Of a DNA stretch of 64,000 nucleotides, positions 46,297 through 58,634 are shown in pieces (the stretch's first letter is position 1; every line of letters begins with the position of its first letter). The stretch is from Pseudovirgaria hyperparasitica (Eukaryota): the NCBI GenBank assembly GCA_010093815.1, contig ML996577.1; one strand, 5' to 3'. A program made the position numbers and the translations under genes. A model generated the notes under the pieces. It was not told the DNA's origin. It saw only the letters and a list, made by a program, of their open reading frames with translations, and ran no database searches.

Positions 46297-47787
46297 TTAT
46301 GCTGCTCCGAAAACACTTCTCACACGGCGGAGAATTTCCGCACCCATAGCTCTCCGTGTACCCACCGTTCGAGATGCCGCATCCTTGTTCTCTGCTGCTC
46401 TTCTGAGGAGATAGTTCAAACACTCCCGCGTCGTACCCCAGGACACACACTTGTATGCGAACGGCGTATCGACATCTGCAGGCCGTGATACACCCCTCGT
46501 CTTGTCCAGTAGGTTGCAGCTGACCTCATCTGCCATGCCCAGAAGTTGTGCGTATGCAAGCTTGATCCGTGGCTCGCCATTTGCAGCCTGCGCATCGCGA
46601 ATCGCGCGCGCTTTGCGTACAGACTCTGCATTATGCGTTGCGATAACCAGCTCGACCTCTGGAAATGTGGTATTTTCTGGATCTGCGGGACGGAGCATGT
46701 CACCGTACTGCCGCTTGAGCAGGGATTCAGTCAGTTCGTCGTAGCATTTGTGCGTCTCCTCAATGGTGGCCCAGAGAAGATGTCGCGGTTCGGAATTCAG
46801 ATATGCGCCTCTGACGAGCTTCACACCAAGGATATAGTTATGCTTCTGTGCTTCGGCCAGGTCACGTGCAAGATTCACGGGTGTGCTGCGGTCGTAGGCT
46901 TGATAGGTGGTGTATACTATGGCACGGCCTCGTTCCTTGGTGTTGTATTTGCGCTGCAGAGCGCGGTTCCACGAGTCAATGCCGATATTTGTGGCGTGTT
47001 CCTCTGCGTCATTGAGAAGCATCACGCCTTTCGCAGAGGCTCGGTCACAGAGCTGCGTGATTGCGTCGTGCATAAGCGGCGTGGGTGGCTTATTCTGTTT
47101 TAGAAGCTGTAGGGCATATGGGCCCAGGCCTGACCATCTATTGGCGAGATCAGTATACGCTCACGAACTGGCATGTATGGTTTTGACTCACTTGATGCCG
47201 ACAAAATCGCCGGGCGCGCAAATCTCGACCGTTTGTAAAGCACCCTTTCTCCAATGCTCAACGGCCGCCTTGGTCTCGGCACTATCAGCACTCAAAGACG
47301 ACTGGCCTTTCTCACCAAGGACTTCCAGAGCATATTCGAGAATAACGCCCTTGTAGCCCAGGTCCTTTATTCGAGCCATAGTGCTTTGTATCTCTGCCCT
47401 ATTTTCTCCCGCACAGAATTGAGCATAGAATGTCTTCTTCAGCAGCCACGAGAGAATGGGATTCTTGTCCACATTGAGTAAAGCCGACTTTGACTGTAGC
47501 ATGCGCGTCAGGAGAGCGAGACATGCGTCTAGCAGTATGGGCGACGAGGACATGGCTGTGATGACATAGCTTCGTAGGACATCGGAGGCAGGGAGTCGGG
47601 ATAGGGGACTGGTAATTGGAGGTTTGGATACGGCATGGTGAGGAGGGATTGAAGGAAACGGCGAAGCTGGAAGGGCGACACTCCGAGGCTTGCTGGATTG
47701 GACTGAACGAGAGAAGCTGAGGACGTATGTCGGCGTCAAAGTCCGGAAATGTCTGGCAGCGTGCATCTGAGATCTCATTGTGGCCAT
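46297..47787 (-). CDS. PUT1: Mitochondrial proline dehydrogenase, 2 exons
   Basis: Presequence, then TFYAQFCAGEN, GVILEYALE, LLNDAEE, VYTTYQAY, GVKLVRGAYL, ATHNAESV, AQLLGMADEVS, YLLRRAAEN. Confidence 0.92.
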
Positions 47788-49730
47788 ATGTAGGGAGAGA
47801 ACGGAAAATGAGAGCAGGAGATGGAGAAAAGAGAGGGGAAGCTGGTGATGAAGCGGGAGGGGGGACTTGAAGGTGAAGTTGATATAAGAAAGGTACGAAC
47901 TGGCAGGCACGGACTGGGGTTACGCGACTTATCAGGTCTCGTGCCTACTTGGGTACTTACTATTAAGTAACTTGTCTGCACTGCAGCTGAGGAGGTTATC
48001 TGTTACTCGACCGACCGATATAAAGCAAAAGACGCGATCTATTGCGAAGTGGACTGGGAGGCATCGAACGGCTAGCATCGGCTTGCATGACCTGAGTACC
48101 AGAGTCCAGTAACCAGTAGCAGTCTGAGAATTGCCTAATCAATCCATTAATTAGTGGTATGAATGTCATGCCCAGAGTCCCAAGTATAAACATTTCCCCG
48201 GCCTCTCCGATGACGTGAGCGGGGAGCATTCTCTCGTCGATGGAAGCAGTGCAAACACGATGCTACACTCTATATACGCTGAACGCTGCCAGCACTACCC
48301 ATGAGTATTCCATCACCAGAACAAAGCTGATTGCTTGTCTCCCTCACTTCACTTTACTTCACGTCGCGTCCCATCACGGCAAAATGAATAGATTCGAGAC
48401 CGATATAAGTCCGTTTGATCTGTCCAAGAGCCGCATCTAACCGATATCTGTGCCCCGCCCATGCTCCGATACCGGATGGATTGGACGATTGATAACGGAG
48501 TTTTGGCAGTGGAACTTGGCCTTTTATGGATCACCGATGGACAATTAACAGTCAGAAGACAGTAAACACGTAGAAGTAGACAAAGTGTGATGATGATGAT
48601 GGTGATGTTGACAGACGAGACGAGACGAGGACTTAGTACTCACTAATCAGGTAGGTTTCCAGTCGCCTAGCACTAACCTGTATTTGGAGTGACTCGCACG
48701 TGATCTGAGCTAGCGTGTCAACCGCCAAACTTTTCTCCAGTCCTTCACTTCTGACTTCTGCTACGTGCCAACGTCAACAACACCACCATCGCCATCTTCG
48801 ACTTCTATTCCAGGCATATATCTCGTGCATCGACCGAAGCAATGATAAACCTATGCTGTCTTGATCACCTGCTCGTCGAGTATATGACAGTCCAGATGTC
48901 CTGGTGAAGTGTGACGCTGTATCGTCACTTCATGCACAGTATCATTGGACACTCGCAACAAACATGCGCACTATATCCTACGCACATGACAGACTCCTCA
49001 TCTGCAGCAGCATCTCAATTCAGCACCTCCAAGCAACGCAAACACTCAACCCGCCGCTTCAAACCCTATAAGCTCCTTCGGGAATGTGCGCTTGACGTCT
49101 TGCGTTTTGCTTGACCCAAGCCACAGGCGGGAAAGCTGAGTCTGGACTGGGACGCCTTATCCGCGCTCCTGTATCCATCCCTTTGCAAGATCAAGATTTA
49201 CCTACGGCCCCTCATAGTTCTCACTACTTGACCTCTCGCGGGACTCTTTTATACCGAGAGTGGGACTCCTTGCGTGCCGACATTCTGCGGGTCTCTTTAC
49301 TTCGTTATCACAGTTCCCCTCATTTAGGTCACTGTTTTGTGATTGTGAACTTTGGTGAATGCTGGGCTAGAGCCTGGGGTTAGGGTTAGAGTTGAAGTGC
49401 GTGGTTGCATGACGGGGTGTTTGAGAGAGCATTACGCGGATCGGAGTCATCTTGAGTATGTTGTAGGTCTGATGGCTTTGATATCACATAAATCCTACGT
49501 CGACAGCAATAGCAACATGCAGCTAAACATTTCACATATCCAAAGATTCTGCGTACTGTTGTATATGTGACGTCATTGGACTAGACTCCCACTGCATACA
49601 TGGTTAAGTAGCTGCCATGCCACCAACAACAACACATAGCCAACCCACTTGCTTACATCCGTATGCCAATCAAGCAAATTGTATAGACAAGTTACACGAC
49701 ACGCAATCTACACAATCAACATCCGCCAGC

Positions 49731-51722
49731 ATGGGCACAGAGTCCTCCGACCAGAAGCATCCCCAGTTCGGCCATCTCCCCCTGGCAACATCGGGACCAC
49801 AGGAATGCGCACTCACCGGCAACGCCCTGCTGCGCAACCCATACTTCAACAAAGGCTCCGCCTTCACGGCCGAGGAACGCGAGACGTTCAAGCTCCACGG
49901 TCTGCTCCCGTCGAATGTGCAGACGCTCGAGGAGCAGGTCGAGCGCGCGTACAAGCAGTACTGCAGCCGCCAGGATGATCTGGCGAAGAATACGTTCATG
50001 ACTAGCATGAAGGAGCAGAACGAGGTGCTTTACTACCGGGTATGTGGCAGTGGATGGCTACTTTTATGGGAGGGTGTGTGCTAATATCTGGTAGCTCATC
50101 CAAGATCATCTCAAGGAGATGTTCCCGGTCATCTACACGCCCACCGAGGGCGAGGCGATTGCCAATTACTCGCGCTTGTTCCGCCGACCGGAGGGCTGCT
50201 TTCTGAACATCTACGACATGGACCGTATAGACGACAATCTCGCACAGTGGGGTGCCCCTGACGATATCGATCTTATTGTGGTATCGGACGGAGAACAGGT
50301 GTGCAGATAGTCGATCATGTAGCCACCACCACTGACACCAACAAACCCAGATCCTCGGCATCGGCGACCAAGGCGTCGGCGGAATCCTCATCAGCATCGC
50401 AAAGCTCGTCATCTACACCCTCTGCGCCGGCATCCACCCCACACGCACCCTCCCCGTCGTCCTCGACGCCGGCACAAACGTATGCACCCCCTTCACCCCC
50501 TATTCCCCAAACACAAACCCCCCTTTTCCACACCCAAACTCACACCCCCAACCAGAACAAAGCCTTCCTCCAAGACCCCCTCTACCTCGGCCTCCCCAAA
50601 CCGCGCGCCCCAACCCAACAATACAACACCTTCATCGACACCTTCATCCGCTCCGCCCGCACCCACCACCCAAACGCCTACATCCACTTCGAAGACTTCG
50701 GCCTCGCAAACGCCCGCACAATCCTAGACAAATACACCCCCCACATCGCCTGCTTCAACGACGACATCCAAGGCACCGGCTGCGTCACCCTCGCCGCCCT
50801 CACCGCCGCCCTGCACATCACCCGCACCCCCTGGGCCCACCTACGCGTCCTCGTCTACGGCGCCGGCACAGCAGGCACCGGCATCGCAGACCAGATCCGC
50901 GACGCGATAGCCGTGGAGACGGGGCGCGAGGCCAGCGACGCCGCCGCGCAGATCTGGTGCGTGGACAAGCACGGGCTTCTCCTCCGCTCCGACGGCGAGC
51001 GGCTGACCTCCGCACAAGCAAGCTACGCCCGCCGCGACGAGGACTGGACACACACACCCCACACCGACCTCCTCAGCATCGTCCACGCCGTCAAACCGCA
51101 CGTCCTCATCGGCACGTCCACCCAGCCCGGCGCATTCACCGAGGCCGTCATCCGCGGCATGACCTCGCACGTGCCGCGCCCCGTGATCTTCCCGCTCAGC
51201 AACCCCACACGACTGCACGAGGCGCAGCCAAGCGACATTTTCAAATGGACGGGTGGCAAAGCGCTGATCGCCACCGGCAGCCCGTTCCCACCCGTCGAGC
51301 ACGACGGCGAGACGTACGAGGTCGCGGAGTGTAATAACTCGGTGTGTTTCCCGGGGATCGGGCTCGGGGCGGTGCTGTGTCGGACGAGGCTGCTTTCGCC
51401 GGCGTTGTTGGTTGCGGCGACGAGGGCGCTTGCGGCGCAGGCGCCTGCGCTGAGGGATCCGAGGAGGGGGCTTGTGCCTGATGTTACGGAGGTGAGGGAG
51501 GTGAGTGTTAGGGTTGCGGCGGCGGTGATTAGGGAGGCGGGTAGGGAGGGACTGAGTCGGGTGGGGGGGATTCCGGAGGGGGAGGCGGAGTTGGAGGGGT
51601 GGATTCGGGAGCAGATGTGGGAGGCTCGGTATCGGGGTTTGGAGCTGGTTGGGCGGGAGAGGGCGAGTAGGGTTGCGAGGGGGGAGGCTGGGGCGACGGG
51701 GAGTCGGTTGGCGAGGGAGTAG
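49731..51722 (+). CDS. NAD(P)-dependent malic enzyme, 4 exons
   Basis: [89 protein letters not shown]. Confidence 0.95.
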
Positions 51723-51797
51723 ATGGATGGGGTGAGAAAGAGGAGTGGTTCATCGGTCTACGTCTATATTCGATATCATGTCACATCTACATGGTGT

Positions 51798-53129
51798 CTA
51801 TACAGTCGACGCCCTGAACCCACGCACCAAGTCCCCCTTCAAATCAACCCAGTCCTCGATCCCCACACTCACGCGCAACAGCCGCTCGTCCACGCCTTCG
51901 TCGCTCATGCGCCGCCACTCGATCAGGCTCTCCACTCCGCCCAGACTGGTGGCATGGTGGAACAGCGTCAGCTTCGAGGGCAGGGCGCGCGCCGCGCCGG
52001 CAGTCTTCATGTTGATTGCGAAGACGGGGCCGAAGCCGCCGGGCATTTGCTGCTTGAGCCAGTGCATGTCTGCTTTCTGGAGGCTGGCGTGCTGGACGCT
52101 GTGCACGCATGACCTTACGATTGCTGCTTCTTCTTCTTCGTCTTCTTTCTCCCCCTTGCCATCCTCCCCTTTGACCCCCTGACTCTCCCCCCTTAAACAC
52201 CCATCCAACCACCCCACCAGCCTCTCCGCACTCTCACTCTGCCTCCGCACCCGCAACTCCAGCGTCCTCACCCCCCTGATCCCAAGCCAAGCCTCCATAC
52301 TCCCCGGCACAGCCCCCAGGAAAACCCTCTCCACACCCAACCCCTCAACCCACTCCCTCCGCCTCACCGCCAGCACCCCAAGCAACAAATCGCTGTGCCC
52401 CCCAATATACTTCGTCCCAGAATGCATCACCACATCAACTCCATACGCCCCAAACGGCTCCTGCAATCCCGGCGGGCCGAGCGTCGCGTCGACGGACACC
52501 CATGCCCCGCGCTCCCTCGCCCTCTTCACAAAGAACGCTAAATCGCGTGCTTCGCCGGTGGGATTAACGGGTGTTTCGACGTGCACCAAGTCCCCCTTCC
52601 CCAAGCCCGCTGCATCCCAGGCTTCGTCGTCAGCGAAGAGGTCTACAACCTTGCAGCCGGTGAGTTTGCGGTATATGCCCAGCACGCCGTGGCAGCCGTG
52701 GTAGCCGCCGGAGATGGCGACGGTTTTGGGGTGGAGGTAGACGAGCAAGGCGTGGAAGGCGGCGAGGCCGGAGGTGTAGGCGAGGACCGGGGCGTGCAGG
52801 AGGGCGGAGAGGATTGTTTCGAGGCGGGTTGAGGTTGGGGCGGAGACGCGGGAGTAGATGTGGGTTGGGTTTGCGAGGGTAGGGTTCTGTGGTTGTGGGT
52901 TAGGAGTGGTTGAACGGAGAGGGGAGGAGGATGATGGTACCTCGTCGCCGTTGATCGGGACCAGGTCGTCTGGGTTCTCCGGGTAGCGGAAGGTCGTGGA
53001 GACGTGGAGGGCTGGGGCGACGTCTGTTGTTGAGTTGAGGATGTCGTCGGCGTGGAGGGCGAGGGTGGACAGGGCGTGGGTTGTGCTGTTCAGGCTGGCA
53101 GTGGTTTCTTCTTCGACATGGGGATCCAT
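51798..53129 (-). CDS. Cys/Met metabolism PLP-dependent enzyme (cystathionine gamma-synthase/lyase family); in-frame intron 52887-52940
   Basis: LHADD, VAPALHVSTTF, YSR, SGLAA, GGYHG, ETPVNPTG, VDAT, HSGTKYIGGHSD (PLP lysine), ATSLGGVESLIEWR, LLRVSVGIED. Confidence 0.92.
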   Translation of the reverse strand: MDPHVEEETTASLNSTTHALSTLALHADDILNSTTDVAPALHVSTTFRYPENPDDLVPINGDEVPSSSSPLRSTTPNPQPQNPTLANPTHIYSRVSAPTSTRLETILSALLHAPVLAYTSGLAAFHALLVYLHPKTVAISGGYHGCHGVLGIYRKLTGCKVVDLFADDEAWDAAGLGKGDLVHVETPVNPTGEARDLAFFVKRARERGAWVSVDATLGPPGLQEPFGAYGVDVVMHSGTKYIGGHSDLLLGVLAVRRREWVEGLGVERVFLGAVPGSMEAWLGIRGVRTLELRVRRQSESAERLVGWLDGCLRGESQGVKGEDGKGEKEDEEEEAAIVRSCVHSVQHASLQKADMHWLKQQMPGGFGPVFAINMKTAGAARALPSKLTLFHHATSLGGVESLIEWRRMSDEGVDERLLRVSVGIEDWVDLKGDLVRGFRASTV

Positions 53130-53578
53130 GATGATGGTGTTGGTTGGACAATTACTGTAGTAAGGTACGATGCGATGATGGATGTTTCTAACCAAGTGGC
53201 AGCCAGCTGCGTAGTGAGTAGGTTCAATGTACTATTCACACCATCCAACACTACCTACTGTCTGCCGTCATGCTAGCGTGGACGTGGGTGAAATGCCTGT
53301 TCATTAGCGCGGGGTAGTGGGGTAAGCGTGCCTACGGTTTCCCTAGTTGAGCGACGGCGACGTCCATTGATGCAGGCTAATCACCATAAACAAAGACGAA
53401 AAGAAGGCATGCAGCACATATACAGGCGCGGACAGTTTGGCAGTATTCAATTGGACGGTTTCATTGTCTGAGAGCTGCTGCTACAGGTGTGCGGTTGCTG
53501 GTTTGTACCGAGATGCTACAGCTCGTAAACAGCTCGCTAGTATTGTATCTTTAGGGACAAGATTCTTTGGGCCGTCCT

Positions 53579-54437
53579 TTATAGTATTCCGGACTTGTCG
53601 ATGGTAGGGGCCTTGGGGTATTTGACAGCGCCAGAGTCGCTTCCCGCGGCCTCGATACCCCGGACAACCTTGTATGAAGCAACGTCACCGTCAGGGACTT
53701 CTCCGAAGACGACGTGCTTGCCATCCAACCAGCTCGTTACGACAGTGGTGATGAAGAATTGAGAACCGTTGCTACGACACACCTTAATGTCAGCTCACTC
53801 TATCGGGAGTGTGATACATGGCACGTACGTGTTGGGCCCAGCGTTGGCCATGGACAGAAGGAATGGCTTTTGGTGCTTTAGCTTGAAGTTCTCATCGGCG
53901 AACTTTTCACCGTAGATGGACTTTCCGCCAGTGCCCTACGCCAATGTCAGTAGTTGTATCTTTGGCTGCACGGTGTTGAGAAGTCGCATACGTTACCGCG
54001 AGTGAAGTCACCGCCCTGGAGCATGAACTTGGGGATGACACGGTGGAACTTGGAGCCAGCATAGCCAAAGCCCTTCTCGTTTGTGCATAGGGCGCGGAAA
54101 TTCTCGGCAGTCTTTGGTGTAACATCGTCGAAGAGGTCGAAGTTGATGCGTCCGCGTTGCTCTGAAGGGATTGATGATTAGCACTCGAGCATCAACGAAG
54201 CGACGGCAACGACATACCCTTGACGTCGCCTTTCCTGGTCACGTTGCCAGCATTGTCAACCTCGACCTCGGGGCCAACCCAGCTAACGTCGAAAAACACC
54301 TTGACAACCATGTTTGAGGGTGATGGGTGGAAGAATCTCTTTGACGCAGGAGTGGCGTGAAAGAATGGAGAAGAGGAGGGGGAGGAGGGGAGAAAAGAGT
54401 TTCTGAGGATGGAGGGGCAGCTCTGGAAAGTCTTCAT
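53579..54437 (-). CDS. Cyclophilin-type peptidyl-prolyl isomerase, 4 exons; upstream ATG adds a mitochondrial presequence, second ATG at 54311
   Basis: VFFDV...[71 protein letters not shown]...[35 protein letters not shown]. Confidence 0.96.
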
Positions 54438-55328
54438 GGTGGGGGTGGACTGCGGGGTTCATGTCAGCGCCTTGTTGCCTGAAAACCTGAGAACCTGAAT
54501 GTTTGGAGCTCTGCCAGCCAGCCAGCCAGCCAGCCAGGAGGTGCCCAATGCCAGAACAGACAGAATGCCATCCATTCACTTTGCACGTCAGGAGTGTGGT
54601 GTGGGCCTTGCATCCATCTCCCCCTGACGGCCGGGCAGAGTGTAGCAATGCATGAAGACTTACCACGGGATCTGGTCCGGATTGCGCCGAGATGTGGAAA
54701 GGTAACCTTGGGAAGCTCTGAAGATGAAGCTTAGAAAGGAAGCTCTGCGATAGTATGGCGCACTGGTCGCGTCGATATTACTCTGTCGAAGGGGAGTATT
54801 ACGCTGGAGATGCACAGCTTTAATATGTACAAGGCAATTAGATGAGATTGCAGCTGCACTGAAATGGAATTGGAGCTGTTGATTGATGATGCTGCGAAGA
54901 AAATGTTCTCGACATCCCTGAGCTCTGACCTATAGGGAGGAAGACGCAGACCACGGAGCGGCTCTGACTCGCCGAGGATGGTCAGGTGACGGTCCTCGCA
55001 CCTGCATGAAACACGTCGATTCGGCCTTTTAGCAAAGAGAAATGTACGATATTATAGCTAGAAGCAGTAGAAAATTCAATTACATCCAGATTCGTATACC
55101 TTAAGGTCAATCTTGATCATTGGAGTGGTCTGCCCCAAACTGTTCTCGGCTCTTTCACGTGACCACACTCGACCATGACTAAGCTGCCACCTCAGGCATG
55201 GAAGCTGGAGGCCGGCGCCGGGACCGGGGCTGCCAATATAGAATGTAGACAGGTCAGCACGCATTAAAACCATACCAGCAACACCACTCCCACAAGAAAC
55301 TGTCCACGCCTCAGGGCCATTTGGCGCC

Positions 55329-57015
55329 ATGGATTTCGCAAGTCTCAAAGACCAAGTGAGCAATCTCTCGCTCTACGACATCAAGGCGGGCGTCCGTAAG
55401 GTCCAGAATGGTAGGTTTACACAGGAGCCAGGGGAGAATTGAACATTTGTTGATTCCGTCAAGCCGTTATGAACTTCACAGAGATGGAAGCCAAGGTAGG
55501 TCCAACATCTCGAACAGAAAAGATCGAAGAGCCCTGCTAACCATACATTGTAGGTTCGCGAAGCCACTAATAACGAACCTTGGGGTGCCTCCTCTACACT
55601 CATGCAAGAGATTGCCAATGCTACTTTCAACTAGTATGTCGTTGCACAACTACAGTCAGCAACGCAGTCTAAAGCCTGTCCAGCCAATTATTGAACGAGA
55701 TCATGCCCATGATCTACAAGCGATTTACTGAGAAAGCGGCGGAGGAGTGGAGACAAATATACAAAGTATGCCGGCCCTCATGCTCATGAAAACATTGCTT
55801 ATAACTTGCTAGGCCCAGCAACTGCTCGAGTTCCTCATCAAGAATGGTTCGGAACGGGTGATTGACGACGCGCGGTCTCATATTTCTCTCCTCAAAATGC
55901 TGCGACAATTTCATTACATCGACCAGAATGGAAAGGACCAGGGTATCAATGTTCGAAACCGAGCAAAAGAGTTGGCTGAGCTTCTAAGCGACGTTGACAG
56001 GATTAGACAAGAGCGGAAGAAAGCAAGAGCAACTAGGAACAAGTATGGTGGCGTCGAAGGAGGTATGGGATTAGGAGGAGGAATGTCTAGCAGCAGTCGA
56101 TATGGAGGTTATGGAAGTGAAGATGCAGGTGGCTATGGCGGCTATAGTGGCGGTGTATACGGCGACGGTGGTGGATTTGGAGGCAACACATCTGGCTTTC
56201 AAGACACACAGGCCCGGCGAGATCGCTTTGAAGAGTACGACGAAGGCGATGATGGAGCGGCAACTACTGCTGGTCGGAGTAGGACGGGTGCTGAGGCATC
56301 AACCGCGAAAGAGCCCAAAAAGCCAGACCCACCGAAACCAAAAGCCCCTGAAGTCGATCTATTTTCGTTCGACGAGCCTGCCGCTCCGTCTGCACCCAGC
56401 GGCATGCAAGCAACACCCGCCGGAAACGGCTTGGCTGACGACGACGACGAAGACTTTGACGATTTCCAGTCTGCCGCTCCAGCGCCCTCTCAGCCACCGC
56501 AAGTTCAAGCCAAGCAGGCGTTTAGCATACCAGCCCCTTCAACAACATCTACCACCAGCTCTGCCACACAATTCGCTGCTCCACAGCCACGATCAGGAGC
56601 TCAAGGGGCCAGCTTGAATGACATGTTCTCATCGATATCTCCTGCGCCAGGTCAAACACAGCGGCCGACCGGCTACCAAGCCTCGCAGCCAAACTACTTT
56701 ACCTCTGTCCCAGTCGCAAACAATCAGCCGGCGTCTGGGACCAGCACGCCTTCCCTGATGTCACCAGGCGCGCAGAAGCCTGCAGCATCAAAGTCGTCTG
56801 CTGGAGCAGATCCTTTCGGTTCTCTGCTCGCTGGATCCAATCTGAAAAAGGCTGGCACTCCGTCGCAGAAAGGCATGTCCATAGCCGACATGCAAAAACA
56901 AAAAGCAAGCGCGGGTATTTGGGGGGCGCCTGCCTCCTCACAGCAGGGCGGTGCTGCTTCGTCAAACGCCAAACCGACGCAACAGGCTGGAGCCTTTGGT
57001 GATCTTCTTGGTTAA
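55329..57015 (+). CDS. ENT3: Epsin-like ENTH-domain clathrin adaptor Ent3, 5 exons
   Basis: MDFASLKDQVSNLSLYDIKAGVRKVQN|AVMNFTEMEAK|VREATNNEPWGASSTLMQEIA...EEWRQIYK...DQNGKDQGINVRNRAKEL; VDLFSF, DDFDDFQSA-like motif, C-terminal DLLG. Confidence 0.95.
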
Positions 57016-57398
57016 ACATGAATAGGTTGGTCTCAAAACATACGTAGAGAAAATCATCTGGAAGACAGAGATTGTATACCCTGTCCTGTATTGCAGTTCG
57101 CCCCAAGGTTAATAAACTCGATAGCACGTGACGAGAAGTAACCGCTTCCACTGTTTCTTCTTCTTCTTCTTCCCACACGTAGCTGCTTTAAACCAGTTTC
57201 TGCCGTCTGCCGCAGTCTAAGCAATCGTGCTCCCCCTATCCTATCCACACATGCACATAGCCAACACCAAACCCATTCTCCCCTTACCCCACCTACCCGC
57301 CCAAACAAACCCGCCCAAACAAACCCAATAAATCAAAACCAAAATAGATAAATAAAGACAGACAAACTCCTCCCCCCCCCTCCCCCAGAGTTAAAATC

Positions 57399-57978
57399 TC
57401 AAAACTCCCCAACCGTATAGTCAACAACAAGCACCCGCTCCACCACCTCCCCGGCCCGCGCCTTGAACGCCGCATGCACCGGGTCCGCATTCACGTAGTA
57501 GTCCCGGTCTGCCAGGCTCTCGAACCCGACGATGAAGGCGTGTGTCATGCCGGCCTGGTGGGGTTGGGGTTAGTTGGTTAGTTAGTTGGGGGTGTTAGTA
57601 TGTGTGTGGAAGAGGGCAAGAAAGGGGTAGGAAAGGGGGATGAGGGGATAGGAAAAGGGGATAAGGGGGGACAAGGTACTCACAGCAGCCCCCTCCTGCG
57701 AATTGTCCCGCCCGCCGTGCATCTCGGTGATGTACGGCTTGTTGCCTGCGCCCGCGGGGTCTTTGCAGGTGTGTTGGAGGGCGAGCATGTTTGTTACTAT
57801 CTAGGGGCCGAGGGTGGGGTTAGAGGTTGGTTGGTTGTGTGTGTGTGTGTGTGTGTATGTTTTGGTGCAAGGCGGGATCAATGTATACAGTACTTACATC
57901 CTGCACTGCTTCTGGGCTAGCGGTAGGCTTGAACTTGAAGAGGACGATGTGTTTTATTAGGCCCACTTTTGGGGATAT
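57399..57978 (-). CDS. Stress-responsive A/B barrel (Dabb) protein, 3 exons (57978-57898, 57800-57684, 57554-57399); expected start codon reads ATA
   Basis: (I)SPKVGLIKHIVLFKFKPTASPEAVQD|IVTNMLALQHTCKDP...PYITEMHGGRDNSQEG..|GMTHAFIVGFESLADRDYYVNADPVHAAFK...VLVVDYTVGEF*; canonical GT-AG introns. Confidence 0.82.
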
Positions 57979-58634
57979 TGTGGTTTTGATAGTGAGGTGT
58001 GGGATTTGCGAAGGAGGGAGTTATTGTTTTTCGGTGCGATGGATGATGGAAGGGTGAGGGTGAGAGGGTTGTTATAGGGGGTTTTGGGATAGGGGGTTGT
58101 GGAGGGTATTGTGTGTGTGGATGATGTGAGGGGGTCTAGACTGTGGGAGGGCGCCGTCGGAGTTGAGGGTTGTGGAAATGGGATATTAGATGGTTTTAAG
58201 GTTCGGGGCTGGAGTGGGGTTGGGCTGGCACGGAGTGTGTTTTTTGTCTACGCCGCACGTGGAAGGAGTTACGTTTGAGGGTATTGCACGTTGTCTGGTT
58301 TGTTGGTTAAGTTTGTTAATTGACTGGTCTTGTTTGGAGCTTCCTTTGGGTGACTGCTTTGAAGATCATGGCGATGTATTGACTGGTAATTACGAGTATG
58401 AATTGACGACCGCGCATATCTCGTAGCGCCTTCCACCAAGGTTCTTGAAGCATTGTCATTATCGCGAACGCGCTGGTTGTGGCTCTTGCAACACCATTAA
58501 AGTGATATTGAATGGTACGATACTAACCCTTCCGTATCTGGAAAGAAGCTAGAGTGCCGAGCAGTACAACAACGTGTCGCGTCGATCCCGAATCAGATCG
58601 CCATCCCGCAAAGTCGACAAACTTAGTCGACACG

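Noticed and set aside
49377..49392. GGGTTAGGGTTAG telomere-like repeat
   Set aside because: Only two units, which is expected by chance.
46297..53129. Proline dehydrogenase, malic enzyme and Cys/Met enzyme as members of the cluster
   Set aside because: They are ordinary primary-metabolism genes, separated from the cluster by more than 7 kb that includes a degraded tract and an assembly gap. I saw no shared promoter motif.
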